Below are positions 1 to 12,900 of a DNA stretch of 64,000 nt, piece by piece. Each line of letters begins with the position of its first letter. The stretch's first letter is position 1. The stretch spans positions 124,001 to 188,000 of the forward strand of contig CT868008.1 in the NCBI GenBank assembly GCA_000165425.1. Reading direction: 5' to 3'. Both the position numbers and the translations under genes were made by a program. The notes under the pieces are model-generated. The model saw only the letters and a program-made list of their open reading frames with translations. It had not been told where the DNA came from and did not search any database. This DNA is from Paramecium tetraurelia (lineage: Eukaryota).

Positions 1-1
1 A

Positions 2-139
2 GAAAGAACACAACCTTTATAATAATAATAAGATTAAAGATACTAATAGTAAAATTGTTAACCACACTACTTTGATTCCATTGAGCAATCAAAAAGACTA
101 AGAATGATGAAATAGTAGTAATTATAGTAAAAACGTTGA
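2..139 (+). CDS. 3' end of a Gln-rich hypothetical protein (partial, begins before the window)
   Basis: Frame 2 is open under table 6 (ERTQPLQQQQDQRYQQQNCQPHYFDSIEQSKRLRMMKQQQLQQKR) to TGA at 137-139, followed by AT-rich spacer. Confidence 0.5.
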
Positions 140-666
140 TATATAAATAAAAGTGATTTATGATTTTTTTTTGATATTTTTACATCAATTATCCATAATA
201 TTGATAATTAAAAGTAATTTGAAATTTCCCTTTCATTTTAAAGGATTGGTTCCATCAATTAATTGTTAAACTCTTATGTTAACTATAATATACTATTCAT
301 GTAGGTATTTTAATTAGTTTTGTCATATAGTAAGTTATGTAATTTGAATGTGAAAGCTGTTTAAAAGAAAGAAAGATAATTCAAACAATGATGTATGTTT
401 AAGAAATAATAATGCTATTGTTTATTATGAAGATAATTAGATAAAGTAAAGAGAACAATGATGATACTAATATAATATATATGAATATAGAAATTTAATT
501 GATTTATGATAAAGATATATGAATGGTATCGTTGAATTACAAATTCAAACACTAAGTTAACCTTTACAATTGAAAAAGGAAATTGAACATAGAATTAATC
601 AATTTGATGATATGCAAAGTGATAATTATAAATTATTATATTATTTATATTTTAGAAAAATAATAA

Positions 667-2986
667 ATGAATATTAACAGTAATAGCAAGCCAAGCCTTT
701 AGGAATATCTTGATAAATTGAAACAAATCCAAGATGCTAATAATAGGAGACTAAGCCAAGCAAAATCATAATCAAATGCCTCAAAGATAATGACTCCTAA
801 GACAGTTTCTCAATTAAAATAACAAACCAAGTCATCAACTGATCGTTCTCACTCTTAACATAAATTGATTCCTTTCTTTTAGAACAGGAAAGTATCGAGT
901 TCAAAGAGATAAACAAGTTAAGCTGATGAACCTAAAATACCAATTTCTAGTTAGGGTATTACAAAAACAGTAGAAACAACATCTCCAAGGACTGGTGAGT
1001 TAGAAGACATAAAAAAATAATTAAATTAATGGTTCATTAAAGAGAGTAAGAACAATAATACGGGAGGATGTCTCTAGTTATTGGAACCTACGTTAGTTCA
1101 TAATATTTGTATAAATGATATCCATAAATCTTAGTAAAATTACCTCCCAGACAGAAGATCAATTCAGAACTAAGAGCTTCTCTTTCAGCTAAGGATATGT
1201 TAGATAACACAGCACTTCATTATGCAGCCAAAAATGGGAATGCCTAATTGACATCTGCATTAATATTTAAGTAAATAGCTATTGATGGGTAAAACAAAGA
1301 TAACATGACTCCTTTAATTTTAGCTGCTATCAAGTATTGAATTAATTATTAACATATTAGTGGACATGAAGAAGTCTTGATGATCTTGATGAATGCAGGT
1401 TCAGACATCAATCACTAAGATTCTGTAGGAAATACAGCATTACATTATGCTTGTAAATCAAATCATAAGGCAATTGTCTAATTGTTATTAAAAAGACAGT
1501 CGCTTTAATTTAAAAAAAACAAAGAACATAAAAGTGCTGAATAATATGCGCAAAACGAAGAAATCCAACGTTTATTCTAGAATTACAATGAGGACATCAA
1601 AAAATAATGTAAGTCATTTGTATATCTTAATTTAAGAGTAGAAGATGAATATGGTCTAAATATAAAACACTTAAAATGATGTCATTCTTAAAATGTTTTA
1701 ATATAAAAGAGGATAGATGAATTAATAACAATAACAAGGAATTCAATCATAAACGTAACAGAATTTTGCTTAAACTCCAACACAATTAAATAGTTATTCA
1801 TGTAAAAATTTAAATATTGTTAACAAACAATCATCTTCTCCAAACAATCGAACTTAATAAGAAATTAAATAGGAGAGATTAAATAAAATAAACTCAACTC
1901 ATTCTAACAAATAATAATTAACAAATACCGTTTCGACAAACTCTGATTCTATTAAGAATAAGGAAGAAGAGAAGATTGGACCCTAATAGTTCTAAGTGAT
2001 TGGATTAATTGGAAAGGGTAGTTTTGGAGAAGTATATTTAGTTTAGAAAAACAATTAGTTATATGCTATGAAAGTACTTCATAAGAGCAGAATTATGAGT
2101 ACAATTATATTATAATACAATTAGAACATAATCTGACTAGATATGCTTTAACAGAAAGGAATGTATTGTCAATTACATCACATCCCTTCATTGTTAAATT
2201 AAGATTTGCATTCTAGACTTAGGATAAATTGTTCATGATTTTAGATTATTGTCCAGGAGGAGATTTAGGAGAAGTCTTATAAAAGTAGAAGAGACTCCCT
2301 GAAAGTATAGTAAAGAACTATCTCTGTGAAATTGTCTTAGCCTTAGAGGATTTACATAAACGAGATATAATATTTAGAGATTTGAAACCAGATAATATTG
2401 TTTTGGATGCTGAAGGTCATGCACTATTGACAGATTTTGGATTATCCAAAGAAGGAATCTTGGAACCTAATACTGGTGCTAGATCATTTTGTGGATCAGT
2501 TGCATATTTGGCACCTGAAATGTTGAAGAGATCTGGTCATGGAAAAGCAGTCGACTGGTACTTATTAGGGGTTGTGATGTATGAATTATTGGTTGGATTA
2601 CCTCCTTATTATGCCAATAATAGAGAGGAATTGTTTTATAATATTGAAAATGCTTAACTCAAAATACCTTCATATATTTCTAATGAGGCTAAAAATCTAT
2701 TAAAAGCAGTATCAATTTACTATAATTTCAATAGTTGTTATAACGAAATCCAGCCAAGCGTCTAGGCTCAGGCAAAGGGGACTCAGAAGAAATCAAAGCA
2801 CATCAATATTTTCAAGATGTCAATTGGGAGGTTGTTTATAATAGAGAATTGGCGATGCCAAAACCAAATAGAAAAATCAGAATCAATACCAAAATCGATG
2901 GAAATGTGTTTGACATGCAGAGTATAGTAGATGAATCTAAAGCTCATTTAGGAGGCTGGACCTTTGTTAATAATGATGATTTATGA
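667..2986 (+). CDS. Ankyrin-repeat AGC-family Ser/Thr protein kinase
   Basis: Ankyrin motifs NTALHYAAKNGN, TPLILAAINGH, NTALHYACKSNH. Kinase motifs GKGSFGEV, YAMK, RDLKPDN, DFG, SFCGSVAYLAPE, with an AGC C-tail. About 5 tiny introns (e.g. 1109-1134, 1334-1360, 2099-2124, 2709-2734). Confidence 0.92.
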
Positions 2987-3217
2987 TAAATCTCATCTAA
3001 ATAGTTTATTTTTATTAGAAATCTACCAAACTAGAATTTATAAATTTATTTCTTATCAAAAATAAAATGTATAATTAGTATTTTCATTTAGCAGATAACA
3101 TTTGTATATGAATTTGATAGGACTCAAGTAGAATATTAATAAAAGATAATAAAGTACTAAGACTAGAAAAACTGTATCATATTTATAAAATAATAAGTGT
3201 GTCATGAATGTGTTATT

Positions 3218-4363
3218 TCAAATTACTATTTCAGGTTCTCTTTTACGTCCACATCCACCACAATATTTATGATTTGCCTAGAATCTATTTCCACATTCTG
3301 TGCAAAATTTTTTACTATTTCCAATAGGAGGCAGAGTTCCAGCTTCTAATTACTTATTGGTTTTTCTTTAAATCTAAGGTAAAATAGCTGTAGGAGTCAA
3401 CACCATTAAATTATTTTGTTTGATGGGAACACTCTTTCTATTTTGATATTTGATTTCTTAATTGTTAATTAAATAGTAATACGAAAAGAGTGTTTTCTTG
3501 TTAATTTTTCACAAATTGGAATGTGTCTTTCTGCTGCCCTGGATATAAATCTTCTATTACAATGTGGACATTCTGTATCTTAGATAGCAGTAGCTCTTGC
3601 CTTGCAATCGATAAAACCTGCTTAGAACATGATTCGATACCTATATTTGTTAAATTTGCTTTGCCAGATTATTCCGCTATAAATTTTTATAAACTAGTAG
3701 GTCTAAATTGTTATGATGAATCTGATAATTGTTTTTTGATAATAGGTTTCCTCTCCATTTAACTGGAAGTAGATGGTGTACTAACTTAGGCTTATCTTTT
3801 CTCTTAAAGTGATGGCTAGGAAGGTTGGATCATTTCAACAGTCTTCTTTCTAGGAGGTTTAGGCTTGGCTATGATTTCTTTACACTTAGGTATATGTCTT
3901 TCAGCAACATCTAAGAGATAGATATTTAATTGTTACGTTTATCAAAATGCCTTTCACAGTATTCGCAGAAAACATAATTGGAATTTACTTTGGTTTCTAA
4001 TGGTTTTAACTAATTGACATCTTATCCTTCAGTTTCTAACTTAATATATTATGCTGTTATTACTTATTTTAATTTTCGGTTATACTAGATTTACTCTTGA
4101 AATTTTTGATGTTCCTCCCTCCAATTAGTTTTAACTATTTCAACATCCACTTATTGAAGTTGCTATTTTTTTTGTTCATTTTGTTTTTTCTTTTTTTATA
4201 TTATTTTATCCCTTTCTTATTATTTTTATTGTGCTTTTTGACAAGCGATAAGATGTCTTTCAATTCTTTCAGGATGAAACTTCCTATTGCAAAGATCACA
4301 CGATTCTAGATCTTGGTTTTCTGGATTTTCATCAAGAAATTCGTTATCAATCTAATCCTCCAT
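3218..4363 (-). CDS. C2HC-type zinc finger protein (ZC2HC1/FAM164-like) with C-terminal zinc ribbon
   Basis: MEDQID...CDLCNRKFHPERIERHLIAC; second finger CEYCERHF...HVAERHIPKC; C-terminal FCTECGNRF...YCGGCGRKR then TGA. Confidence 0.82.
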
Positions 4364-4397
4364 ATAATAATAATAACAATAAAATAATAGATAAAAA

Positions 4398-5178
4398 TCA
4401 TAGAATATCTTCATCATAAAAAAACCATATGATTAAAACAGCAAAAATTTATAACAATAAAGTAAACTTAATTATTGATTTCTTCTTACGCATCATCTTT
4501 AAGCTTCCCTTCTACTTTTATATCATCATTATTAAACTGTATCTCATTTGCGGAATAGTCTGAGATGTAATTTCTTATAGCATTAAGTTTGTTGAAGAGT
4601 CTTTACTTTAGATAGTAGTTCCATTCTACTATTTATTTTTTATTTATAGCTATCAGTTTATTAGATATTTTATTACTAGTATTCAAATTCAGTGAAATGG
4701 AAGAAGCAGAGTCAGGCTATACTCCAGGGTTAGATTGACTAAAGTAATTAACTCAATTATACTGTTTTTTTTATTATTTAAGATACAAGTAATAGTTTTT
4801 GTTCGTTTATTTTTTCTTAATTTAATAATAGGGAGAGAGATATCATATGAATTATATCTTTTAATCATAGTTTAATAGAGATTTCATCAGTTATTTTTGG
4901 ACTCAATATTGTTGATGTTGTTTTCATTTGTTTTCACTTAATTTCATTTAATCTTTGATTTCTTCAATAAATAAACATATGATCAATTTCTTGTTGAATA
5001 TTTAATACAGTTCTCATTTGATTGTATCAATATTAAGATTTTAATATACGACATTATTCTTGTAGTGTAATATTTCTAGTTTGAATTCTATTTCCTTATT
5101 GTTGATGAATTCGTAGCTTACTTTGTAAATTTACTACTAAAACTCTTATGCTGCCTTGGTTAGAAGTTAATAATTCAT
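4398..5178 (-). CDS. Hypothetical coiled-coil protein with C-terminal hydrophobic anchor
   Basis: Starts MNYQLLTKAAQEF; ends KKSIIKFTLLLQIFAVLIIWFFYDEDIL-TGA (tail-anchor-like). Confidence 0.6.
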
Positions 5179-5210
5179 GATTATATAATTTATTTTTATA
5201 TGCAATAATT

Positions 5211-5679
5211 TCATTTCCTTAACTCTGCTTCCAAAGTAGCAATCTCCTCTCTCAATTGATCCTAATACTCCTTGTGAGTTTACTTGGCTCTTTCCCAAGC
5301 TCTCCTGGTCAATGGATGCAATTCAAGTCTATCATCCAATGTTTTTCTAAAGTTGAATGGTGAAATGGAAACCTATAAAAATTGTTTTATCTCAATCCAT
5401 CAAGTTTAGCATTTGTAGCAATGGCGTATAGAGGAATGAATACAGCAGATGCAGACCATATTATTCTAATGGATTATTGGGATGTAGCATAATGTCTGCC
5501 AACAAGACAAACGAGTCCTAAACCAGCATTAGTCAGCCAATCTATGTAAGAATGAGTATACATTAAAGTGAATGTGGATTTGCATATTCTGGCAAAGGTC
5601 TGTATTTAAATGGCTTGAATCCCTAATCTTCCAATCTTTATTTAACTTCTGGTGTTATATTAGGAATAGCTTATTACAT
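5211..5679 (-). CDS. Small (~140 aa) membrane protein of unknown function
   Basis: MQQAIPNITPEVKQRLEDQGFKPFKYRPLPEYANPHSL...WLTNAGLGLVCLVGRH...IIWSASAVFIPLYAIAT...ELRK-TGA; introns of 20 nt (5542-5561) and 26 nt. Confidence 0.75.
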
Positions 5680-6572
5680 TTTAATATTTAATATATTTTT
5701 ATACATTCAAAAATTGTTTCTAGAATTTCCTCCATTAACTTAAACTTATGACTAAAACCTCTTCTATATTATTGAGATTACCCATATTTATTAAAATAGA
5801 TTATATCAAATATCTTAACCTATATAGAAAATCTATGTGATTTCTAAAGACTGTTTGTATTCTTCACTTTATTCTGATTACATTAATTATAATCAATTAT
5901 TCCTTGCTTCAGATAACACTAAATGAGTTTCATCCTATCCTTCATGTTAAAAAGAAAAAATGTAACAAATAAATTAATATTCCCCACTTTACTTTTTTTT
6001 ATAACTGCTGTTTCTACTCTTCCTAAATCTTAATTGTAGATGTCTCAATAATTAAACTCTTTGGGCTTTTCAATCTAAATACAAAATCACAATTTCCATT
6101 ATTATATAATAAAACCAGTCGTTACATTATGCAAATTAGTTATTTACTAAAATTGATATGAAAATTTCATTTTCTTAATTTTAATGAATATCCTACAGTT
6201 CCAACCAAGCTACAGAACTCTGCCTTTTACATTATCTTTTAAAAATTTAAGTCAAAGTGACCAATAATAATTATTAAAATGAAAATGTCATTTAGTTTTA
6301 TTAGAAAATTCAAAGGAGATATGTTACTTATTTTATAGATATTATATCATCCAATTTGCCAATATGATTATTAATCGTAAGTTAAGCCTTTTTATAAAAT
6401 CTAAGGTTTCCTATCAATTAATATTATTCTCTTATAAGGAAACAATAAAAATTGTTCAATCCCTATACTCCCACTCAATTCTTAGGATGTTATTTAACTG
6501 AGTCTAGTTAACTTCATTTTCTTAATTCATCCTGGTGTTTTAACATTTAATATTTGGATTATTAATATAATT

Positions 6573-8474
6573 ATGTAACATTAAATACTAATTTCTCCAT
6601 CAAGATTGGCTGTTTAGTAAAAAACCTAAATCTCTAAGAACACTTTGATCTCTCCTTAAAGATTTCCCAATAGAAAGATATCCCAGGGTGTCATTGAGGA
6701 TTTTGTTGTTAGATCAAATTATATTACCAAAACAAATAATGGGAGCTTGACTGAAAGAGTAAATAGCTTATAGAAATCCCAAAAGTCTGTTTCAAAAGAT
6801 AAAGTAAGACCCATAAGCAAATAATTACGCATTCCAACTGAAAATTTTTTCCACATCACAAAGGGTGTTAATTTACTTCTCACATAGAAAAACTCGAATC
6901 CTTAACAATAAAATAGTCAATAACTCAAACCTATTTAAGGCTCAATGACAAGAAGAAATAGTATGGAAGAACTAATTGGGAGTGCGATGTATACTGGAAT
7001 TGGAAAATCACAATCTCAAGATAAAATTCAGAAGTAAGAAATATCAATTTATGTTCACTATTCATAAGAAGATGTTCAAAACTATCGTTTCACTCCCTAA
7101 ATCACTACTGATAAAATAACTAATCTCTTGAAATAAAAACAACAGAACAACAACATTCAGATTATTGGATTCTCAACATTGGATGAGAACTATGCTATTG
7201 ATTACTATTTATAACAACCAAATTTACCAATGGATTCTTTTATCAATAAAACAATTAGGTTGAAGCCTATTTATAATTAAAACATTAAACGAATCAATCT
7301 AAGTAGTTTTCAATTCATTTCCATTATTGGCAAAGGCGGATTCTCAACCGTCATCTTAGCCAGGTCATTGATAGATGGCAAATTTATAGCTCTTAAATTG
7401 ATTAATAAATAATTTATCTTGTAGCATTAAAAGTAAGATCTAATATTGAATGAAAGAGACATTCTAATTCAAAGTACTTATAGTGGTTCTATTTTTACTA
7501 ATCAAATTGAATGTGCTTTTGAAACTAAGAATTGGATTGTTTTTGGAATCGAATATTGTCCTGGAGGAGAAATGTTCAATTTCATCAAAAGACTCCAAAG
7601 ACTCTCAGAATAACAAGCCAAATTTTACATCATTGAAGTTATCCTAGCCATAGGATTCCTACACAATGAATAAATAATTTATAGAGATATTAAACCAGAG
7701 AACATTCTAATTGATTCTAGTGGTCACATTTAATTGGCTGATTTTGGCTTGGCTAGACCTAATATGACCAAAGATACATGTGCTTATTCATTCTGTGGTT
7801 CACCAGAGTATATGGCCCCTGAAATGTTTTAAACAGCAGGTCACACTTAATTAGTTGATTATTATTGTCTAGGATGTCTATTATATGAATTTGTTACTGG
7901 ATTGCCTCCCTTTTACGCTGAGGACAAAAATATCATATATGCCAGATTGCTTAAGGAATAGGTTGAATTTCCAGATTATCTAAGTACAGATATTAAAGAT
8001 TTAATAAGATAATTGATGGTCAAAGATCCTCATAAAAGATTAGGTTCTCGTTTTGGAATTGACGAAATCTTCTCACACAAATGGTTTAAGGATGTAGATT
8101 TGGCCTCTTTTATTAATAAACAAGTTAAACCTCCATACATTCCAGATCTTCAAAAATTGAATATCAAATAACTGAGTTAAAATGATAAATACTTTTTTGA
8201 ATAACTCTAAAGAGAACAGAAGTAAAACATTGCCTTTCAACCTATGTTCTCTTCTTAGTTTTATTTTACTAAAGATTAAGATAAAAATAATAACAACGTC
8301 ATTTTGAACAAGGCAACATTAGATAAATTGATTAAAAAGACTCTTAAAAAAAATCCAAAGCAAGGGTTAACAAATCTTTAGTTATAAACAAACTTTGAAA
8401 ATCTTCTTAAGCAAACATTCACTAATGTTAAGTCAAAGCCTGATTCAAGAAATAAGTAGTAACTTCAATTTTGA
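6573..8474 (+). CDS. AGC-family Ser/Thr protein kinase, intronless
   Basis: 1902-nt frame under table 6; GKGGFSTV, IALK, YRDIKPEN, LADFG, SFCGSPEYMAPE, GLPPFY. Confidence 0.92.
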
Positions 8475-8560
8475 TCTATATATTTATAATTTAATTCTAA
8501 TTCCATTTATATCAATTTATTAACATAATAATTAATATCTTGTTATATAATATAATTGTT

Positions 8561-9477
8561 TCAAGATTTTTACTTCTAAACAATCTAAAAAATTTTAGTT
8601 TTTGTCTTGATTGATTTTAGTATCTTTAGTTGTTATTGCTGAAATTGATACTCATCCCTGATGTCCATTAAGATTTATTTTTTGGGAATCATTTTAGGGT
8701 CCTCTGCATATGTAAATAGTTTAGTATGCAAATGAAATTTCTCGATATTAAGATTGTGTTTTTTATCATAAAAATCTTCTGATTACTTGTTATTTATCAA
8801 TTTTTTAATTGATTATTAATCCTCTTTACTTATGAATCTGCCTTTAATTCTCAATCGTTGTTCAGCAACTTATGACCTTCCTGAGTAAGATATTTTTCGT
8901 TCCCAATTTCTTCTTTTATTTTTATATCTTTGAATTTTTTATTATCTTTCCTAATACTTATCCATGACTGTCTTAATTTATTCCAATCCTCTATTCGAGA
9001 TATTTTCGTCATCAGTTAAGGCATTGATATCACTTTTCTTCTCACAGGAATCAGTTCGTTTTTACAATGCTCTCAGCAATGACAGATTAATTCCTATATA
9101 ATGTTTAAGGTGTTTACCCTATCCTTAATTGATGACATTCTTCAATTGGTCAATTATATATTTTCTCTTGTATGGACACATATGATCATCACTCAAGGAA
9201 TCCAAATTATCTTGATTCGGCAAGCAATGCAAAAATGTTTGGCAACTCATATGATCATCGAGCGTTCCCTATGCTTTATATATAATTTAGATACATTAGT
9301 TAGTTCATCGAAATTTAAAGTTCTTAATTATGGTTATAATATTCCACTAACCTGCTCCAAGTCCTTCTTGGTGATATCTGAGCATATAAATATAATTATA
9401 CAATTTGATAATATAACACTCTTCTCATTCCTCCCCTCATTGCTTCTAGACTTCTCTTTTGTAAACTATCTATTCAT
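8561..9477 (-). CDS. CCT-motif (CONSTANS/CO-like/TOC1) protein
   Basis: KIQRYKNKRRNWERKISYSGRSQVAEQRLRIKGRFISK at ~8826-8950 matches the CCT consensus (RY..KR..R...K.IRY..RK..A..RPR.KGRF); two tiny introns. Confidence 0.8.
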
Positions 9478-9952
9478 ATTTATTATATTTCTTTGTGAAA
9501 ATATTTAAACAAATATTTATAATATTATATTCTTAACATCTAATATTTCAAACAATCCCCTAATCTAATTCCTTATAAATTCCAATTATAAAACTCATTT
9601 AAAAATACTTGACTTTAAATAAATCAAATGATGCAAAAATAACTCATCAAATGACTAAGTAATAAATCATTCTAATTTTTAATTATCAAAGAATTAACAA
9701 ATAATTACTTAATCTTCATAATTATTGCTAATTTTATGTTAGTTTTAAATTAAATAAATTATTCAAATTATTCATCATATAAACAGACCTTTAAGTCAAA
9801 TCATTGAGAGTATAGTTATGATCTCATCTAAATATAAAGACTAATTATTTGTTAGAGAATTTTAAGAGAAATATGGATAATGTTCATAATCATTGACCAA
9901 CTATAAAAGTTGATAAGAATATTCTAATCATACAATCATAATAATATATAAA

Positions 9953-12900
9953 TCAATTTAATTATAGAATCATGGCTACTCCTCTTTTTGTCCAATGGCT
10001 ATCAGATTGGCGGATTGGTACTCTAATATTACAAATGAAATTGGCTGATCCTCCAGTGCTAGTCACATTTCCTCTTCTCTAAACTGTGTTGTATAATGGA
10101 CATGCATAGTTCTGTAATATCTATTATTCTAAAGTAGGTTTAAAGTGTATGATAGGAGAGTTGTAGTAAAGTATTAGATTTTCAGGTTCTTCGATTGAAT
10201 TAGTCTTAAAATCAAATTTAGCACCATCAATATAAATGCCTTCAACGTAAAATCCATCTTCAGGCTTCTATGTTGGTTTATTCTAATGGAATTCATAGTC
10301 AAATTTAACTTCATCAATTGGTATCTAATGTTTTCTAGCATAGTTTTGTAGAATTCCAGTTAAAAAACTTTGTATAAAAAACAGACCACCTAACCAATAT
10401 ATGATTGGTTCTCCTTGGATGATCCATTTTCGAATAAAGGCTACTCTATCTAATAAATCTTGGATATATGTTGCTAATGGTTTCGTTGTCTAATATGAGT
10501 GTTTCAACCATTCATTAGGGACTTTGTTATCCATAATATTTCCAAGAATGTCTTAGGAATCATCAGACATATTAATATATCCATCTATCTATTTAATAAG
10601 ATTAGACAAAGATGAATTTATTGTACGCAATAGTTTGTTATATCTACCAACATCTTATTGTAGTACAGTATTCAAAGAATTCTTCGATAAAATGGGATAC
10701 TTTTATTCCAATTCTACAAGATTGAATTGTTATGGCAATAAATCAATGATTTCTTTGCATTTTTGCTTGGAAATATAATCAGTATTTTGTTGTGCTCCAA
10801 TTGCTCTTGGTAAGACCTACAAGATTTCTTAACTGATGTGATCAACTTATAAAATTGAGCAATATATTTCAGCATTTGAATGTAAACCAAAAAGTTATGG
10901 AGGGTCTTCAATTGGCAAAGTTTGAATATAGTTAATATATCCAAGTATATTATTAGATTCTGGTATTTTAACATATTCACTAAACACATACCCTACTTTA
11001 GCTGTGTGTTCATTTAAGAATTCATGTACCAGTATATTCAACAGTTTTCTATCCTAAGGATCTGTCACTCGACCACCATAATTTGATTCAGCAACTAAAT
11101 ATTGTAATGCATCCCATTAAATTTCATTTTGATGATTCAGAATGTAGAGAATTTATTCTTTTGATATTTCGAGATCATGTTATGAGAAATTGTAACTCAC
11201 ATTCCATCCCAAAGGACCATATTTTCTTCTTTCCAAAATACATGCATGAAATAAAGTCAAAGAAAAGAATAAATTCTTCCATTCGTCTTATTTCTTACAT
11301 TATTCAAATTTCTCTTAGTCTTATTGGAAATATGATCTTAACATATTGTTCTTTAAACCTCTTGGCAATTCATATGTCAATTTCAATGCTATAAATATTA
11401 TAATAAATTATTACTTTTTAGTAAAACATTATGTGGAAATAAATTTGTAGGTTGACTTGTTAACCATAATCGGAATTCCTTATTTATATGCTGACCTTTA
11501 AATTGATTTTCAAATAACTGCTCTAACTCTGGCATAAAGGATTGGGCAACGTGACAATTTTATAATAAAACCCACTTACCTTAATGCAAACCACTCTTTA
11601 TCAATTTCAACGCCAACTATATTTAACCTTACCCTAAAGACACCGTATAGATATGATCTTAGTATCCTAATTTTTCTGCCAACTATATTATTTCTTATCT
11701 TGCATCACTGCCTGGTTAGATTAAACATAATAAGGGTGTTGTGGGAGTGGACTCTTAATAGAACTATTCAAATGTAAATGGGATATTCTCTAAGAATTGC
11801 TTACCCATTAAGGTTCTTACCAACTCATTGAAACTATTAATAAATTGTTCAGGTTTTATAATCTTTATCAACATCAAAGAATTGAATTAATTTACAATCT
11901 AAGGTATTTGTATTTTATATGATTATTAACTATAAAAGTACCCGTCCCAAAATTGATGATTTTCTTCCATGTCTTAATTCAACCATCCAAAATCCTTAGG
12001 ATACTTCTCCATTAAATCAACCAAACCTAACCACATCTTTGGTGTCAACCAATCATAATGTTTGGGCATTTTTAAATCAGTTTAAGTTATCGAGGGACCA
12101 ATAACGCAAGTTCTAATTTATTCTATTGGTATGTTTAGTACTTTTAAACAAAACAGAAATCTAAATATGAATTTATCTTTATCCAATAATGATCGATTTA
12201 TGGTTGTGTAAATGTGATGAAGAAATCTCTCTATGATATTTTACACTCTTTTCTATTTGCCAAATTAGGCCTCCTTAATTGATCTCTAATATTATTAGAT
12301 GTAAAATTCCAATGACCACAAGTAGGTTGGTTCAATTATGGATAAGTCATTTACAATAAAGTAGATATTTGAAACTAGTTCACCAACTTGATTGTAAAAT
12401 GACTTAATTTAATTGAAAAGTAATTGATCATGTTCCAATTTCTATAACCTCTATTCAATTTCGAAAGCATCATCTTTTGACTACTATAAAGTCTTGATTA
12501 GAACTTCATTTTCTAAGAGATCCCCTGAGGCTTCAGATAATAATTTTAAGATTAGATTTTCAGTTTGTATTTACTTATTCTTATTAATCACATATTAAGA
12601 AATGTTTTTATTCCTCTATTCATCTTTCAAAGGTTCGTCAATTTTAACAACGATATTCAACATTTAATCTATCAATCCTTCTTAAGTAACCTAAAAATTG
12701 AGCATGGTCACTACTACACAAACTTAAGGCTGATAATGAGGATTCGATAGTTTAGTTGTGATATAAAATCTAAAGTCACTAGAATATTCTATCATCTTAT
12801 CACCAAACTTGATATATAAATTCCTTTGTCCTCTTTATTAGTTGAATTGTAATATTTATTCATACAATGGATCCAGGGTTTATCCTGCATTCTCTAATAA

